Positions 36,975 through 51,779 of a stretch of 63,413 nt of DNA are shown here, in pieces. The position numbers and the translations under genes were made by a program. This stretch comes from Girardia tigrina (Eukaryota). The stretch covers positions 1-63,413 of the forward strand of contig MQRK01234264.1 in NCBI GenBank assembly GCA_001938485.1. The letters run 5' to 3'. Every line of letters starts with the position of its first letter. Position 1 is the first letter of the stretch. Under the pieces are notes generated by a model. It worked only from the letters and a program-made list of their open reading frames with translations. It did no database searches and was not told the origin of the DNA.

Positions 36975-39900
36975 AAAGATAAAAGAAAAGAGTAAGAATT
37001 TTCGATAAAAGGTACAGAAAACAATGGAGTTTTATGTTGTCAAAGAAATAGGTCCGGAAATGATTGCTGGTATAGATTTTTTGGATAAATTTGGAATAAA
37101 ACTGAAGAAAGAAGCATCAAATATCGATAGGATATTGGCAATTAGAGATAGCCTTTCTGATGAAGATATATTAAAAAAAATAAGAGAATTGTACATTACA
37201 AGTGAAAATGAGCTAATGGAACTTTTAACAAAGTACAGATCAATATTCATGGCTGATAAATGGGATATTAGAAAAACTTCATTAACCAAACACAAGGTAG
37301 AAACTCATGGAGAACCAGTACTGGTAAAACCGTATAGACAACCGAAACATTTTGAAGAGAAACTAGATGATATTATAAAACACTTTGAAGAAAATGATAT
37401 TATCGAAAAGTGTAGTTCTCCTTGGAACTTTCCTTTGGTATGTGTTTGGAAAAAAGAAAAGCAAGATATTCGAGTATGTGTAGATTTTCGTCAGTTAAAT
37501 AAAATAACCGTTCGACCAGCGTTTCCAATGCCAAATGTAGACGATATGTTGGCTAGACTAAATGGGGCAAAATACAATCGATTTGGGAAACGCTTACCAT
37601 CAAGTAGAATTAGAAGATGAATCAAAGATTAAGACGGCATTCTCAACAAAGTACGGTCAATACTGTTTCAAGAGAATGCCTTTTGGAATTGCTGTGGCCC
37701 CAGCAACTTTTCAGGAGCTAATGGTGAAAGTTTTGGGAGATTTGAATTGGAAAGAAGCAGTCATATAATTGGATGATATTTTGATTTTCGCAAAAGATAA
37801 GAAAGAACATCTTCAAAGAGTAAATAACATATTTAAGAAGATTAAACAATCAGGTTTGGGAATAAATCTGAAGAAATGTCAATTTTTATTAGAAAAGACT
37901 AAATTCTTAGGATATATCATAAGTAAAGATGGTATTGAAACAGAAAAATAAAAGATTGATACGATAAGCAAGTTTCAAAGCCCATCATGCATTAAACATT
38001 TACGGAGCTTTTTGGGCTTGACAAATTACTACAGAAAATTTATAAAGGATTACGCAAAATATGCAAAAGTATTGGAAGGTTTATGTGGTAAAAATAAGGA
38101 TAAGAAACTGATTTGAACTAATGAATGTGATGAAGCTTTTCAAAAAGATTAAAACTCCAATTTTGTCATATCCTGATTTTGCCAAAGACTTCATACTTGA
38201 TACAGATGAAAGTTTTGATAAAATAGGGGCGGTGTTATCACAGAAAGACAAATGTGGAAGAGAAAAGGTGATTGCGTTTGGATCACATAAAATGAATAAA
38301 CATGAACTAGGCTATTGCATCACAAGGAAAGAACTACTTGCGATTTATTATTTCACACAGTATTTTAAACATTTCTTGTACGGAAAAAGATTTTTGTTGC
38401 AAACAGATCATAAAGCTATTACGTTTATGATGACCACAAAGAACCCTATCACACCACAGTTCCAAACATGGATAAATTTTCTGAGTAGTCTTGATATGAA
38501 AATGGAATATCGAAAAGGTGAAAAACATTCAAATGCTGATGCAATGTCAAGAAATTCGTGCTAACTATGCAATCAGTGTCAAACAATGCATGAAGAGGCA
38601 AGAAAGGAAAGATTAAAACAAGAATAGTGGCATTAAGTGAAGAATCAGATGGTTTTAAATGGCAGAAGAATAATAATGAAATAAAACAAATAATCGAGGA
38701 CATAAGTACAGGTAGAATAAGAAAATGGGCATTAAAGAATGATATCGTCATAAATCAAGAAAGTAAATACTGGATACCAAAGGCAGAACGAGCTAATTTT
38801 ATTGAAGAAATGCACAAATTGTTGTGTCATGCAGGTTGTAAAAAGGTCCATAACTACCTTCAAGATGATTTCAACATGGAAAATATGAGAGCATTTATAA
38901 AAGAAATCGTTCAAAGTTGCATAAATTGTCAGAAAAGGAAGACACTAACAACTAAAACGAAATAAAAACATATAAAGCAATTAGCGGATGAACCTTTCTA
39001 GAAAATATACATTGATTTATGTGGACCATTCAAAAGAAATATAAATGGATGTCAATATATATTTGCAATAATTGACAAGTTTAGTAGATATATTAGCCTG
39101 AATGCAGCAGCTAGTCAAGATGAAAAAAACAGTTAGAAAATTGTTATTGGACAGATGAATATGGAAATTCGGACCACAAAAAGAAATCCACGTAGACAGA
39201 GTAAAAACATTTGAAACAAGGACATGGCGAAAAAATTTAAAGTTGGGATATTCTATTCGAGTCCATATCATCATAACACAAATGGAATCGTGGAAAGACA
39301 GTTTCGCACGATCAGAGATGCTTTGAATATTAGAATGAAGGATGGAGATCATAAAGATTGGACAGATGTCTTATCAGAAGTCGAGTTTATGTTAAATAGT
39401 ACTGTACAAGCTAGGACAGGCATGTCACCGGCCGAGATAGTATTTGGAAGTAAACTGAGACATTGGTGGAAAAACAATTACGAAGATAACAAAAATTTGA
39501 AAGTAGGTGAACAAAAACAGAGACAAGAAGAATTTTTGAAGTCGGAGACAAAGTATTAATTAAGAAGGAAAATGTCTCAAAAGAAGATGACCGTTACATG
39601 GGTCCCGCAACAGTGGTGAAAAGAAATCATGAGAGAAGTTACGAGTTACAGCTTGAAGATGGAAGAAATTTTATTAGAAATGTTGAATGTCTAAAGTCAT
39701 TTAAATCGAGGGGGATGTGAGGAATATTTTGAAAGTTTGATGTTTTGTGTTTGAATGTGTATGTTGATTTGGAAATGTGTCTCTCCTACCAAGATGGATG
39801 ATTAATATTTGAATTCTTATTATCTAAAAATATGTAATGTTTAAATTTATTTTTAATTTCAAATAATTTTACAATTTTAAATAAGTTTATTAATTTTTAC

Positions 39901-40139
39901 AATTTTTAATAAATAAATCAAATTAATATTTTTTAAATAATTTATTATCCTTTTAATTATTATCCAATAAGTTTAAAGTAAATATTTTAATAAAATATTT
40001 ATTTCTCCATTTACTAAAAAATAATAAGAATTAATTTATTAATCAATTTAGTTTAGAATGCAATCGTACGAAAGCTTTGACAAAGATTGTCTTAAGGACA
40101 ATCAAAATTGTTGTTTAAATAAAAATATGAAAACTCAAA
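36975..40139 (+). mobile_element. 5'-truncated Ty3/Gypsy element: degenerate PR-RT-RNaseH-IN plus 3' LTR
   Basis: SSPWNFP, RVCVDFRQLN, RMPFG, I*LDD, DTDES, TDHKA, HKLLCH..CINC, SPYHHNTNGIVER. PPT GAGGGGGA precedes the LTR start TGTGAGG at 39716. Multiple stops and frameshifts. Confidence 0.95.
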
Positions 40140-40899
40140 TTGGCGTTCTTAATAAAAATAGTATTTTTATTAAGTATATTAAAACAACTTGGCCTAATTA
40201 AAAAAAGTTAATGTGTTTTCAAATTTTTATAAAAAAAGTTCGTATTTTCTTATAAATAAAATGAGTGGTGACATTCACTAAAAATCTTTTCGATTATTTC
40301 AGAGATCATTAATACTGAATTCGGATTCCGATGGACCCAAATGATAGTGTCCTCGGGTCCTGATTTCATTGAGATTTTTAATAAAGATATTTCAATTTAC
40401 ATTGAAAGGATAATGGTTAAGTATTTATAATATTGGTTTTGATTAATGATAAATTCTGGATTTGGATGTTGTTCGAGCATAATTAAATATTGTTAAATGT
40501 AAACAAGCCTATACAATTTATGAAAGACTTTATGGTACCTATAAAACTAAATTTTAAGAATCTTGATTGATTATACTAGAACAGAAGCTGTAACTTGTGT
40601 TGTAACGCATAAAAGACAATATACTGTATTTACAGATTATACTTAATATTATTTATACATTACCTTGAAAGAAACTTTGGGATAAAAGTGCGAATAAGAA
40701 ATAAATTTTCAATTTTTAGGTATTCAGATTTGTGTAAAAATAATGGAATTGGAAACAAAATGGAATGATAAATAATTAAGTTCTGACAAAATCAGTTTCG
40801 TTTAATAGTAATAAAATATTTCTTATTAATATTTGAAGTGTTTAAAATATTTTTGATGTGATTTTGTTAATAGAATTCCAAAAATTTAATTACCAACAA

Positions 40900-41460
40900 A
40901 ATAAACTGACATATTTTGATCAAATAATTATTTTCATTTAAGAATTATTAATTGGATTTAGTCATTTTCTCCTAGTTTTCCATAAACATATTTAGCCGAT
41001 AATATTTTAGATAATTTTTGATATTGTAGAATTTACAGTACATTATGCTCATTCTCAATAATTTTTGATCCTAATGAATTTGTTTAATGCTTATTTTTGA
41101 TTAATTTTTAAAGAATCTATAACTTTTTGTCGATCATTACACTCAAACTTCTCAGGGTTACTGATTCTAATTGTAAATCGTCCTGAAGCATTTAATTCTT
41201 TTAAGAAAATGGGCTGAAGATATATTAAATAATATACAAAAACAGTTAAATAAAATATTTTTACGATTTGATCCAACAAGATTTGGACAAAAGACAAATT
41301 TGTTAAGATTCCTTTTATTATAACTAAAAAAAGCATCTTCATGAAAAATTATTTTTAATTGATTATATATTCTAACAACATTGATTATGCGTATTTTTGT
41401 TGAAATATAAATGTAAAAACAGTTAGGGCAAAAATTTAATTTATCTATGAGTCGCAGCAT
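40900..41460 (-). mobile_element. Possible very old Penelope RT thumb remnant
   Basis: RKNILFNCFCILFNISSAHFLKRIKCFRTIYN*NQ*P resembles the post-RT K..I...R...IS..EL..L..N.YP helix. Weak. Confidence 0.35.
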
Positions 41461-42792
41461 GGATATACTGAAGTTCCTTGGATCTGAAAAAGAAGTAGAA
41501 AAGTTTCAAGAAATTCTAAACTAAAAGAATACGGGAAAGAATACATGACATTGATTAACAAAAAATGTTACTACCATGTGTATCTACGATTGCTTGTACT
41601 GTCTGAGAGTATTCTAAAGAATACACTGAGCAGAAGGAACTGAATAGGCACATGAGACAAGTGCAATTAAGAACTGTAAATCCCATAACTAGTTGTGGTT
41701 AAAGGATATATTCAACAGATAATTGCAGTCAGAGTTATAAACGAATGAATGATTAATGAAATATTTGATCAGAGATCATAGACTAGAAATGCAGAACAAC
41801 CAGTAGAGAAATGGGACAAATCCATTAAACTCAGTAAATGAAGAATACATAGTTATGGATATCTAGTTATGGAGTTATCTAGTGAAAGACCGGAAGAGAT
41901 ATCGGATAAAGTGAAAGCTTTCCGATTGACAAGTGAAAGGAATCTTTAAAAGTTTTTGTCGTTGTTGTACGAAAAGTATCAGTTAAGAAAAAAAGACAGA
42001 AAAATCATGGAACCCGGGAATAAAAATAAACATAAATGGACCAGAGCTCTGAAAGACCGCTAATCTGTATCTGTAGCCGTATATAGCGACCATAGTTACC
42101 ATTCTATCTGATTTTAAGGTTTCACGCGGAACAAAGCCTGGTGCGTTTAGATAATTCTACTTTCAATGGAGATGTTTCATTCAAGAAATATTTCAATAGC
42201 AACAACAGTCATAAATTATACAATAAAATGAGATTTTACCATCGATAAACTAAAATATAAAATCTGAATATATAGTTACTTTTTAAATTTCTATATAGTT
42301 AAAATATTTTTAAAAAAATTTCCAAAATATATATGAAATTGTTGATTTATTTTACTGACACAAATTACTGAGTAGTTCCAAAGTTAAGCTCATTCAATAT
42401 TAACATAGTTAATTTCGGACATATTTAACGAACCCTTATTGAAATCAAACTGAAGATCAGACATGATTTCAAAATTTATTTCATACTATTTTAAACAAAT
42501 TTCCGAATTGTAGTACAATATCATAGTACAATTATTAGGTTCGTGGTTGTGTTCTGATGAAAATTCAGAAGACATTTGTGAAACTTTTATTTAATAACAA
42601 CAATAAAAATATTATTTAAACAATCTTTGCCCATGTAAATTTCTGAGGAATAATTTTTAATTTTTCTTACACAAACCAATAATATCAAAATAATTGTAAA
42701 TCTAAATATACTTAAATTAACTATTTTCGAAATTTCGTATTGAATTTAATTTTTTAATTTAAAACTATTTTAATTATAAACATAAGCTATTT

Positions 42793-42891
42793 TCAAATAT
42801 TTATATATTAATTTTGTATTTAATGTTACATATATTTATATATTATATATTTATATATCAAATATTTATATATTAATTTTGTATTTAATGT

Positions 42892-42939
<48 letters not shown>

Positions 42940-42989
42940 NNNNNNNNNNNNNNNNNNNNNNNNNNNNNNNNNNNNNNNNNNNNNNNNNN

Positions 42990-43036
<47 letters not shown>
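42793..43036. repeat. Short tandem duplication followed by (TA)n with an assembly gap
   Basis: TCAAATATTTATATATTAATTTTGTATTTAATGTTACATATAT occurs twice, then a (TA)n run. Confidence 0.9.
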
Positions 43037-43042
<6 letters not shown>

Positions 43043-43338
43043 TGTATTTTCTTTTGAAAAAACCTTTTATTAAACTTCGTTAAAATTTAATATTTATGAT
43101 GATGTTTAGTTTTTTCATATTGTATTTAGTATTTAAAGTTTAATAAATTCTGTTAAACTATTTTTCAAATCTTATATTTAATTCGTTTCCAAGTCGATTT
43201 TATTTACAAATTTTATTATTTTAAATTTAATTCGTTTTGTTTTAAATCTCTTTAATTATAAGTTGCATTTTATGTAAAATATTTATTTTTAAATATTATT
43301 ATTATTGAAACTTTCACGTATTTTACAATAAATATCTA

Positions 43339-44608
43339 CTCCCTCTGTTCCGAAATAATGTTTACATATTACCATGACTTTTTGTTCCAAAATAATGTTT
43401 ACATTTCCAAACTTTTACAGCCAAGAAGTAAATCATACTGAAAAGCAATTATTATAATTATATGAAAAGCATTTATAATCATTATTGAAACGAATTTTAA
43501 TACTCCATTATTTACAATATTTTATTTAAGATGAGGGGTCAGTATTCATATTTACAGGGTCTGCTCATCAATATTTTGCCGTGCCATGATAATCGCTTCT
43601 GGTCTGCACGTTAGAGATGCTAGTAGAGCACCATTGTTGCGAAGCTTTGCTTTGACGATATGCGGCAACTTATAATAATTTCCCCCCTTCGCAAGCATCG
43701 TCTCCTACATGCATTGCTGAAGTGTTAAAAATACATTGTCCAGCTTATCTGGGTGTAGCTCATCAAAAGCATTACTCACGCAGCTAATCAGTTCGTCAAT
43801 GGTCTTCGGAGAATGCTGATGTTGAATTGATTGAATGGCATTGAAGAACCCGAGATCCAATACGTTCATGTCGGGAATAGGTGGTTGGTTTTTAAACAAA
43901 ATGGAAAACCCATCTCTTGATCCCTCTTCCAATATATCTGGATCATCTTTGTTGAAATGTGGTTTCGGATTGTCTTGTTGAACGTAAATGACATCATTTG
44001 ATTGGGAAAGCTTTGCCCTGATCGCTGTAAGCACATTTTGCACAATCATTTTTTGCATTCCTGCGCATTGATCGATTCAATACTTTTGTGACGTAAGTAC
44101 CCTTTGTTCGGTTCTTGCTACTTCTTTTGGCTGCCTCTTTATATACCAACGGCCAGATGCCAATCTTATCATTAAAATAATCCTCAGAACCAACAATCTG
44201 GGCCTCCTAACAGCTGCCATAAACATCACCTTCGTGATGAATCTTTTGCTTTGGCATGTTCTGTGGGGAACCTCTTCATCTATGGTCAAGTAATAGTACG
44301 CTTGACCTTCGAAAGGTAGAACCATTTCTCATCAATATGAACATGATTGCGAAAATTCTCGAAGCACACATCTGGTTTTACATAGGACAGGCAAAACTTC
44401 AGGCGGTCGATTTTATTTCTATCCGTTAAGAATGGCTTTGTAATGAAGTGTCGAAAACGAGAAAAGGAAAGCATGACATAAATGTTGTTAAAAAATGCGA
44501 CTTGTAACCATGGAAATTTTTGTAGGTCCTGACGTGCTAGATCGTTATCTATCCTGATAATCGGAAAGATTTATCCCAAATGTAAACATTATTTCGGAAC
44601 AGAGGGAG
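43339..44608 (-). mobile_element. DD39D ('plant-type', Stowaway-partner) mariner-like transposon, internally deleted and frameshifted
   Basis: Perfect 29-bp TIR CTCCCTCTGTTCCGAAATAATGTTTACAT with TA TSDs. HVHIDEKWFY, SKRFITKVMFMAAV.RPR, QQDNPKPH...PDMNVLDLGFF. Confidence 0.95.
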
Positions 44609-46092
44609 TATTTTTTACTATTATAATTTAATATTACTTTAAAATGTTTTTTATCTTTAATTCAAAAATTTAAAATGCGTAAAAATCCTCACCACAATAA
44701 TTGTCTATTTTGTAGCTTTCGAAATAAAAAATAGCTAATTCAATGACGATATAATCAAGAATATTTCATTGATCAATGATTGCGATTGATTAAATTTGCG
44801 AGAAATTATTTTGACAGAATGATATATCTATCTAAAGCCATAATACACAATAGTACATGATTGAATTTGGGATCACAAACTCATTAAAAATTGTAAGAAT
44901 GAATCAGTCTGACTCATTAGCATCCAAGGCTTCTTTTAAAATGTTTATAAAGTAATCGTAGTGCAATTTAAATTGACGTTTATGTTTTAACTAGTAATGC
45001 ACTGAACAAACAATTATTAATCCGTAGATTTTAAGGTAAGATATTGCTGATCAGCTGAAACATTAAAAAAACAACAAACTACTTTCTCATAATGATTTAT
45101 GGACTTGCGTGAGCGATCGTTAATCACGCATTACAACATAAGTAATTGTTCATGTCGAATAAGATATATCATGATATTTCAAGTAATGAATCAGGAAAAG
45201 TAGAATGGACACAAATTAACAATTCTAACATAATAAAAGTTTTTAAGTTGCGACGAAAAACAAAAACAAAAAAATGTTTCAAACAACACAACAACGATAT
45301 TTATACAGTAAGAGAGATAACAAAGTTAATAGTTTAAATTAAAAAAAATAGATTTTTCACGCATCAAGAGTCCTCTATCATTGAATAGACACTTACAAAA
45401 ATTAAATACATTTTGTTCCAAAGAATTATATGTAAAACATGGAAAAATTTGACAATAAGATATTACGCTGCTTTCAATTTTTAGAGTCCAGAAAGCTCTC
45501 GATTTATTACATGAAGCTCAGCTAATAAAATAACTGCGGATTTTTGGCATCATCAATAACCGATATTAAGAAGTTCTAATTTCATTCCGTCTTTGTTACT
45601 TCATAAAGTACAGTACCATATGATATTTCAAAGGTATAATTTACATATTTGTATTAAACCAATAGGTACTATCTTTCCCTATATTGAACACCTATAGGTC
45701 ACCAAAAGGAGACTACTAAATTAATGAATTTTATTTTTCTGTAATGTTGCTTATATAAAATATTCAAGCGTTTACATAAAATAATGAGCATTTTTCTTGA
45801 AAGAAATGATGCCAGATAAACAGACATTGTCTGAGCGAGATTTTCCAATGTAGTCTTAAATTGTCTTTATCGAATCTGAAAACCAGCTTCTTTATCTAGT
45901 GAACTACTTCATCTACTTTAGCGAAGCTAGTTTATCGAAACTATACTTAAGACGTTGATCATTTTACTTATGTTATAGAAACACTATTGGATAAAATTAA
46001 ACCATAATTGTAAAGATCGAGTAATTGGAAAGTTTTGAAAACGTTTAGTTTCATTAACTTTAGTGAAGGATAGTCATATTGAACATGACTTG

Positions 46093-46430
46093 AACCAGTT
46101 ATATAAGTACTGAGATATATAACAATGGCACTCTGTATGTGAGGGACACTAAATATTGAAAATGGAGTGTCTGAATTTATATTTGGCAAACAAGGAAATG
46201 AGTATTAGCGCTTAAAAGACAAAAGCAACCAAAACAAAATAAAATAAATTACGTTTAGGACCTGTTTTATAAGTACTGCGATATGTAACACTAACATTAT
46301 AAGTGTGAGGTACACAATATAAAGAATGCAAATGGAATGTCTCCATTTATATTTGGCAAACCAGGTAATTGCCTTTCAACAGATCAATGAAACCAAAACA
46401 AAAAATATAATAAATTATCTTAAAGATCAG
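46093..46430. repeat. Diverged ~165-bp tandem duplication
   Basis: Shared blocks TATAAGTACTG.GATAT, ATTTATATTTGGCAAAC and AACCAAAACAAAA in both units. Confidence 0.7.
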
Positions 46431-46467
46431 TTCGACTAAAATTTTGAATATTTTTATGTATTACAAA

Positions 46468-46507
<40 letters not shown>

Positions 46508-48504
46508 TATTTATATATATATAATTATTAATATAAAGATATTAGCTTGATAATTACAAATAAATTCATTGTAACAATTATATTTTCGAAAAAAAGTTGA
46601 TCATTTAAATTACCTTTCTTACATTTATTATGATAAAAAAAATTATTATTTCAAAAAAATATAAGTTTATTTGCCCTTTTTGAAACAAAAGTTAATAATA
46701 TATTAGTAAAAATGTAAACCAGAAATTAATTCACTGTTGAAAAGAAAAATATTTAATATGAATAAATTAAAAATACGTTTAAAGTGTTTCAATAAATCAA
46801 TAAATCACTTTTCATAAAAGCCACAAAGTAAGTTTTAGAAATATTGTTTTAATTTTAATATAAATCCGTATTTTAATGGATTATTAAGTGAGTCTATTAT
46901 CATTAAAATACATTAAATTATTATTTTTTTTAAAAAAAATGTAAGAATTTTATTATTATTATCTAAATTGATTGACAAGATTTTTTTGATATTCTTCAAC
47001 ACAATTAATGGCACTGGGATTTAACTTAAAACTTTGGGATTAAAGAAGACGTTATTTCTAAGTTAACACAATACCTCATTGTGTCCAATTAGAAATTATC
47101 TGTAAAATAAAACTTTTTGACAAGGTATTTATGTCATTCAAAAGATAATTTTTTATAAATGTTTTTGCTCTTTATGACTGATTTAATTTTAAAATGGAAT
47201 TTTAACATACATTTACATACCTTGATCATGACGGCAAGGATACAAGACTAGCCAAAACTACTATAGAAAATTTTCTGGGTACAGTAAAGTGGATTTGTCA
47301 GAAAGAATGAGTTCGTTGTGTTTTCCATACCTCAAAAATGATAATTTCGACATAGGGCGCAACATGTTACTGATTTGTAGTTGAATTTTGTAAAGATCAA
47401 TTGAACTAGGTTCTCCACGCAAATCCGTTTTTATCAACCAACAAATTAGATGAACATTTTGCGTTTATCAAAAGGATCTAATGAAACATCTTCCTTCGAT
47501 TAGGAAAGTTCACGTAAACTTTGAGTCACAAGTCTACTCATGACTAAAAGTATTTATTTACCGTATGATTATTGGCGACGAAAATTCTGAAGAAGTAAAA
47601 AAGACTGACTCAGTCCCGATGAACAAGCAATAGTCAAGTAAAAAACTTCATCCTCGATGAATTGAACTTATTGTGAACAAAGAATTGGTCAATGAAGATT
47701 TCGAATTTGGAAAAATGCAATCTGAACAAATTTATTTAACAAAAGCAATGTGATCGGTTTTAATAGGTCCTTCTACCCCACAACAATTACATGACCAATA
47801 TAATAAAAGTCCATCCAAAACCTCAATAAAAAGTTCTAATTTTATTGAATTTCCAATTATAAAAATTGCTATTCCAACAATTCACATAGTCTTTCGTTTA
47901 ATAATTAAGTAGAATTTAGAACCTGTTTTAATGAATAATTTGAGTCAAAATCTAGGTACTTTTGTAACAGAGGAGTTGAAAAACTTGTTAATCGTTGGGT
48001 AGAAGTTTTAAATAACAAAAAAAAGAATACAGTATTGTTTTTAATTAAAAAAGTTTTTTTTAATTTTCATAAAAGCAACAAAAACTTATTCCTAAATTTA
48101 ATATTTTATATTAAAAAAATTCCATTTAAGGACTAAACGGTTGAATTATTTTCTTTTATAAGCTTTAAAGAAATTAAAGTCATGAACAAATATTTCTGGA
48201 AAATAAACTAAATGATTTCATACTTAAAAAAAGGAAATTTGAAGATATGTGACACCAACTTTGGAAAGGTACGTCAAATTTACCACTATTATCTGTGACT
48301 AATAAAAAATTATTATCTATGAATTTATGTCCACATTTTTTCTTACTGATTTTACATTTAGTAATCGCGGTTTAATTTTTAATTCATAAATAACCTTCTA
48401 TTCTAAACCTTTCATACAATACAATATTTTTTTACAATTTTAATCTTTTATGTCTAAGTAATTTTCGTATTGTACACTCTTACGCTCAGAAACGTCTGAT
48501 ACTA

Positions 48505-49838
48505 TATGGGCTGTCTAATAAGTTCCCGGAATTGTTTAAAAAAACTGACTTCTATGAAAAATTCCAAACAATTCTATATTATATTTAAACTACATAATTT
48601 CCAGGATTAATTACAACTAGTCTGCAATGTTCATACAATGATAACAATTCTTGACGAAACTACTTTTCAGGGAGACCGCGGAGCACCTGCACCGCTCTTT
48701 CTTTCACCTCATCACCGTCCACGAATTTCTGCCTTCTAAATGAATGTTTTAGGTGCTTGAACACCCATCGATCACACTGATTCATGTCAGGGTTATATGG
48801 GCTTTGTTAGATGAGTGTCACTCCATGATTATGAAAGAATTCCATTGTTTCTTTTGATGTGTGAGGGCGTGCGTTATCGTGTTGCCACAACAATTCTGTG
48901 AGCTTTTTGGGATGTCTGCGAACATGTCGCCATTTTTCCTCAGTTGAACGAACAAATACCACATAACGCTCTGAGTTCACAGTTTCTCCAGGAGAACAAA
49001 TGTCAGCACTTATCTTTTGATCACAAGTGAATGCCAGCAAGAGAAGAGTTTTCTTGTTTGTCAGCTTCGGGCGGACAACAGTGAGTTTTGGTTGTGTGGC
49101 ATGACGCTATGCCTGATTCTGCTGTTTCGTTAGTGCTGTTTCATACAGAAACCAACTCTCATTCTCTGTCGCCCAATGGGGTGTAACAGATAATCGATGG
49201 AATGGTTTTCAAATAAGGCGATGATGCTTTGTGCACACAAAATCCTGTTCCGTTTGTTTGCTTTTGAGAGGTGATGTGGAATCCATGTCGAACAAATCTT
49301 TCGCAATTCAAGCTGATTTGTGATAAACTGTCTAACAGTATCTTTAGACAGGCCAGTCGATCCACTCACTGCTCTAAGAGATGTCCTTGGTTCTTCATCC
49401 ACAATCGCTTTGATAATCTGCACATTTTCAGCGGTTTAAGATGTGGTTGGGCGGCCGCATCTTGGATCATCAAGGAATTGTCTTCCCTCTTTAAATCATT
49501 TGTACCACTCGAATACAGTTGTCTGTGAAGGAACATCCAGGTTAGTATCTTGCAGCTGCTTATATATTTTACATGGTTTACGTCCCAGTAGCATTTTTAA
49601 GTAAATGTATGCACGAAAATGTTCTTTCTGTAAATCCATAACGTGTCAACGGTGCACCGTACATTGTGTTAGCAGTAATACTGGGCTGTCACAATGAGAA
49701 GAGAGTGGATAAGTGTGTGACTCTATGATTGGCCAAAGCAGCTGATTGGTGGCTTCATTCTAATACAATATTTACGTGTATTCATGTATGCATGTGTGTC
49801 TGCATGACATATTCCGGGAACTTATTAGACAGCCTAAG
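48505..49838 (-). mobile_element. Full-length but disabled mariner (DD34D) element
   Basis: TIR core GGCTGTCTAATAAGTTCCCGGAAT at both ends, TA flanks. MDLQKEHFRAYIY start (49639), WIPHHL, HDNARPH, PYNPDMNQCD. Stops and frameshifts present. Confidence 0.92.
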
Positions 49839-51779
49839 TATAAAACAAATTAATAATTTCAACATGATGAATGCATTATTATACACACATGATATAAAAA
49901 CAGCAAAAATAATGCATGCATCATATCTGATATACGGGGAAGACAGAGGGTTAAATGACCTTGATACATCATTTCAGAGACAAAAATACAGAATCCTAGA
50001 CAGAGTATGGTTGAAATAAATGAATTTAGAATGTTGAACAATGCAAAACCTATATCACGACAAGCATTTCTAAATATTTAAATAATAATTATTTTCGATT
50101 TTAAAAATATTGTATCAAAGAGATGATCTCTAAATAATCGATAATGAAAAGCAATATAATAAGTGCTTAAAAAATATTTAAAAAGGGAAATAATTGAGAA
50201 ACTCGACTTAAAATGCAAATTACAAATAAATTAAAACAAATGGAAGTATTGGGCTCTACTTAATTTATGATTATTTAAAAACTGAGTGTATATGTCACAA
50301 TAATACTCTTATGGAAAGCACCATCCTCAAATATTTAAAGTTTCCAATGTCGCCTATCCATAGATATCATTCAGTTAAAATCAGATAGAGTACATTCGCA
50401 TCAATAAACTATTTTTAGAAAATCCCAAGAGAAAAGAAAACTGTAGGAGATCACAGAAATTAAACAAATGAGAAGTTTTTTACCGGATAAAATATGTTTA
50501 GGCTGCACTTTTGATGTTTATATTTAACAAAATGTTTGCTGTCACTCCAAAAAATTTTGGGAGTATTTTCTGCAAATTATAAATAATAATAACTAAATTA
50601 CATTTCATGAAATTCTAATATATTTGTTAATTAGGAAGCATAATACAACTTGTCTTGATCAATGAAAATATAAACAGAACGGAATTCACAAACACTCAAC
50701 GAAATATGTCGTAACAGTAAAAAAGAATCATTAGGTAACAATATCTTTTTCTCGTGTAAATTAAAAAATCTAATAGCATCTTTGCAAATTCCGGCCTAGA
50801 AATAAATGCGACTCTACATATTCATCATACCAAACATCGACTGAGAGCATCGACCAGAACCCATTTATTAAAATTTTGACCTGTTTATATGAACTTAATA
50901 AAGTGATTAGTTACTAAAGTTGCATGAAATGTGCCCAATAATTCATCAAAAAGTGACCACCAAATCAAATACCAATCGCAAAAAGAAAAATAGATAATAA
51001 TCATATTTTAATTTGCTAGAACTAAACATTTAAAAACAAATTTGAAAACCTTTTGTATGAAATGAGTTAAGAAACACAATTTGGTATTTTTTTTGTATAC
51101 ATAAAATGTAAATCAATCAAAGTTGAAATTTCAGTAAGAATAGTTATTAATAGAGGCTGTCACAGCTATTTCAAACACGGCTGTTATTTTTCTGTCCTTT
51201 GCTTAAGAGGATAAATCTACTTGGAAAAAGACAAATAGGGGAATCGCCATTGAATTTAACTATGAAACTTTATCAAAGAAAACGAGCTTAAGTTACGAAG
51301 AATATTTTGAATGATGTGGTATGTATTGCTTTTCGAATGATGCTTGTCTTGTTTTAGAATTGTCTCTCTAACCCAGAAGGTAGATTGATATTTAAAATAG
51401 TTGGTAACTAAAATTCTTCAAACAGAAATTAAAATTTTGGTTTATAATTTTTTTAAAAAGCGAATTAAAAAATAATTGCGAAGAAATATGAAATTAAATT
51501 ATTACTAAAATAAAATAATTTCTAAAATCCATTCCTTTCCATTCTCATTCAAATCCATTCTCTTCCATTCTAAAATAGAATGGAAAATTTGAATTTGTTA
51601 AAACCTTCAGAAAAGAAAACAGTTAATTTTAGTCACAATTAAGCTTTTCATTGGTTCTTTTATCGGGTTTTAAATCATGCTTTCCTTCAATTGTTTTATT
51701 TACACCATCTTTAATCCCTTAAACGACGATTTTTTTCTGAAAAATGGTCACAATTTGACTATTTTTTTACTATGAAAAT

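Noticed and set aside
40664-40782. Open minus-strand segment with AG/GT ends
   Set aside because: AT-rich, non-protein-like composition, and its phase-2 end does not fit the phase-0 exon at 33311.
41460-42200. Purine-rich stretch resembling decayed gag/pol
   Set aside because: No motif could be read with confidence.
42555-42575. CTGATGA hammerhead core hit (likewise at ~2802, ~18001, ~26179, ~54384)
   Set aside because: No stem II, GAAA or stem I pairing around these hits.
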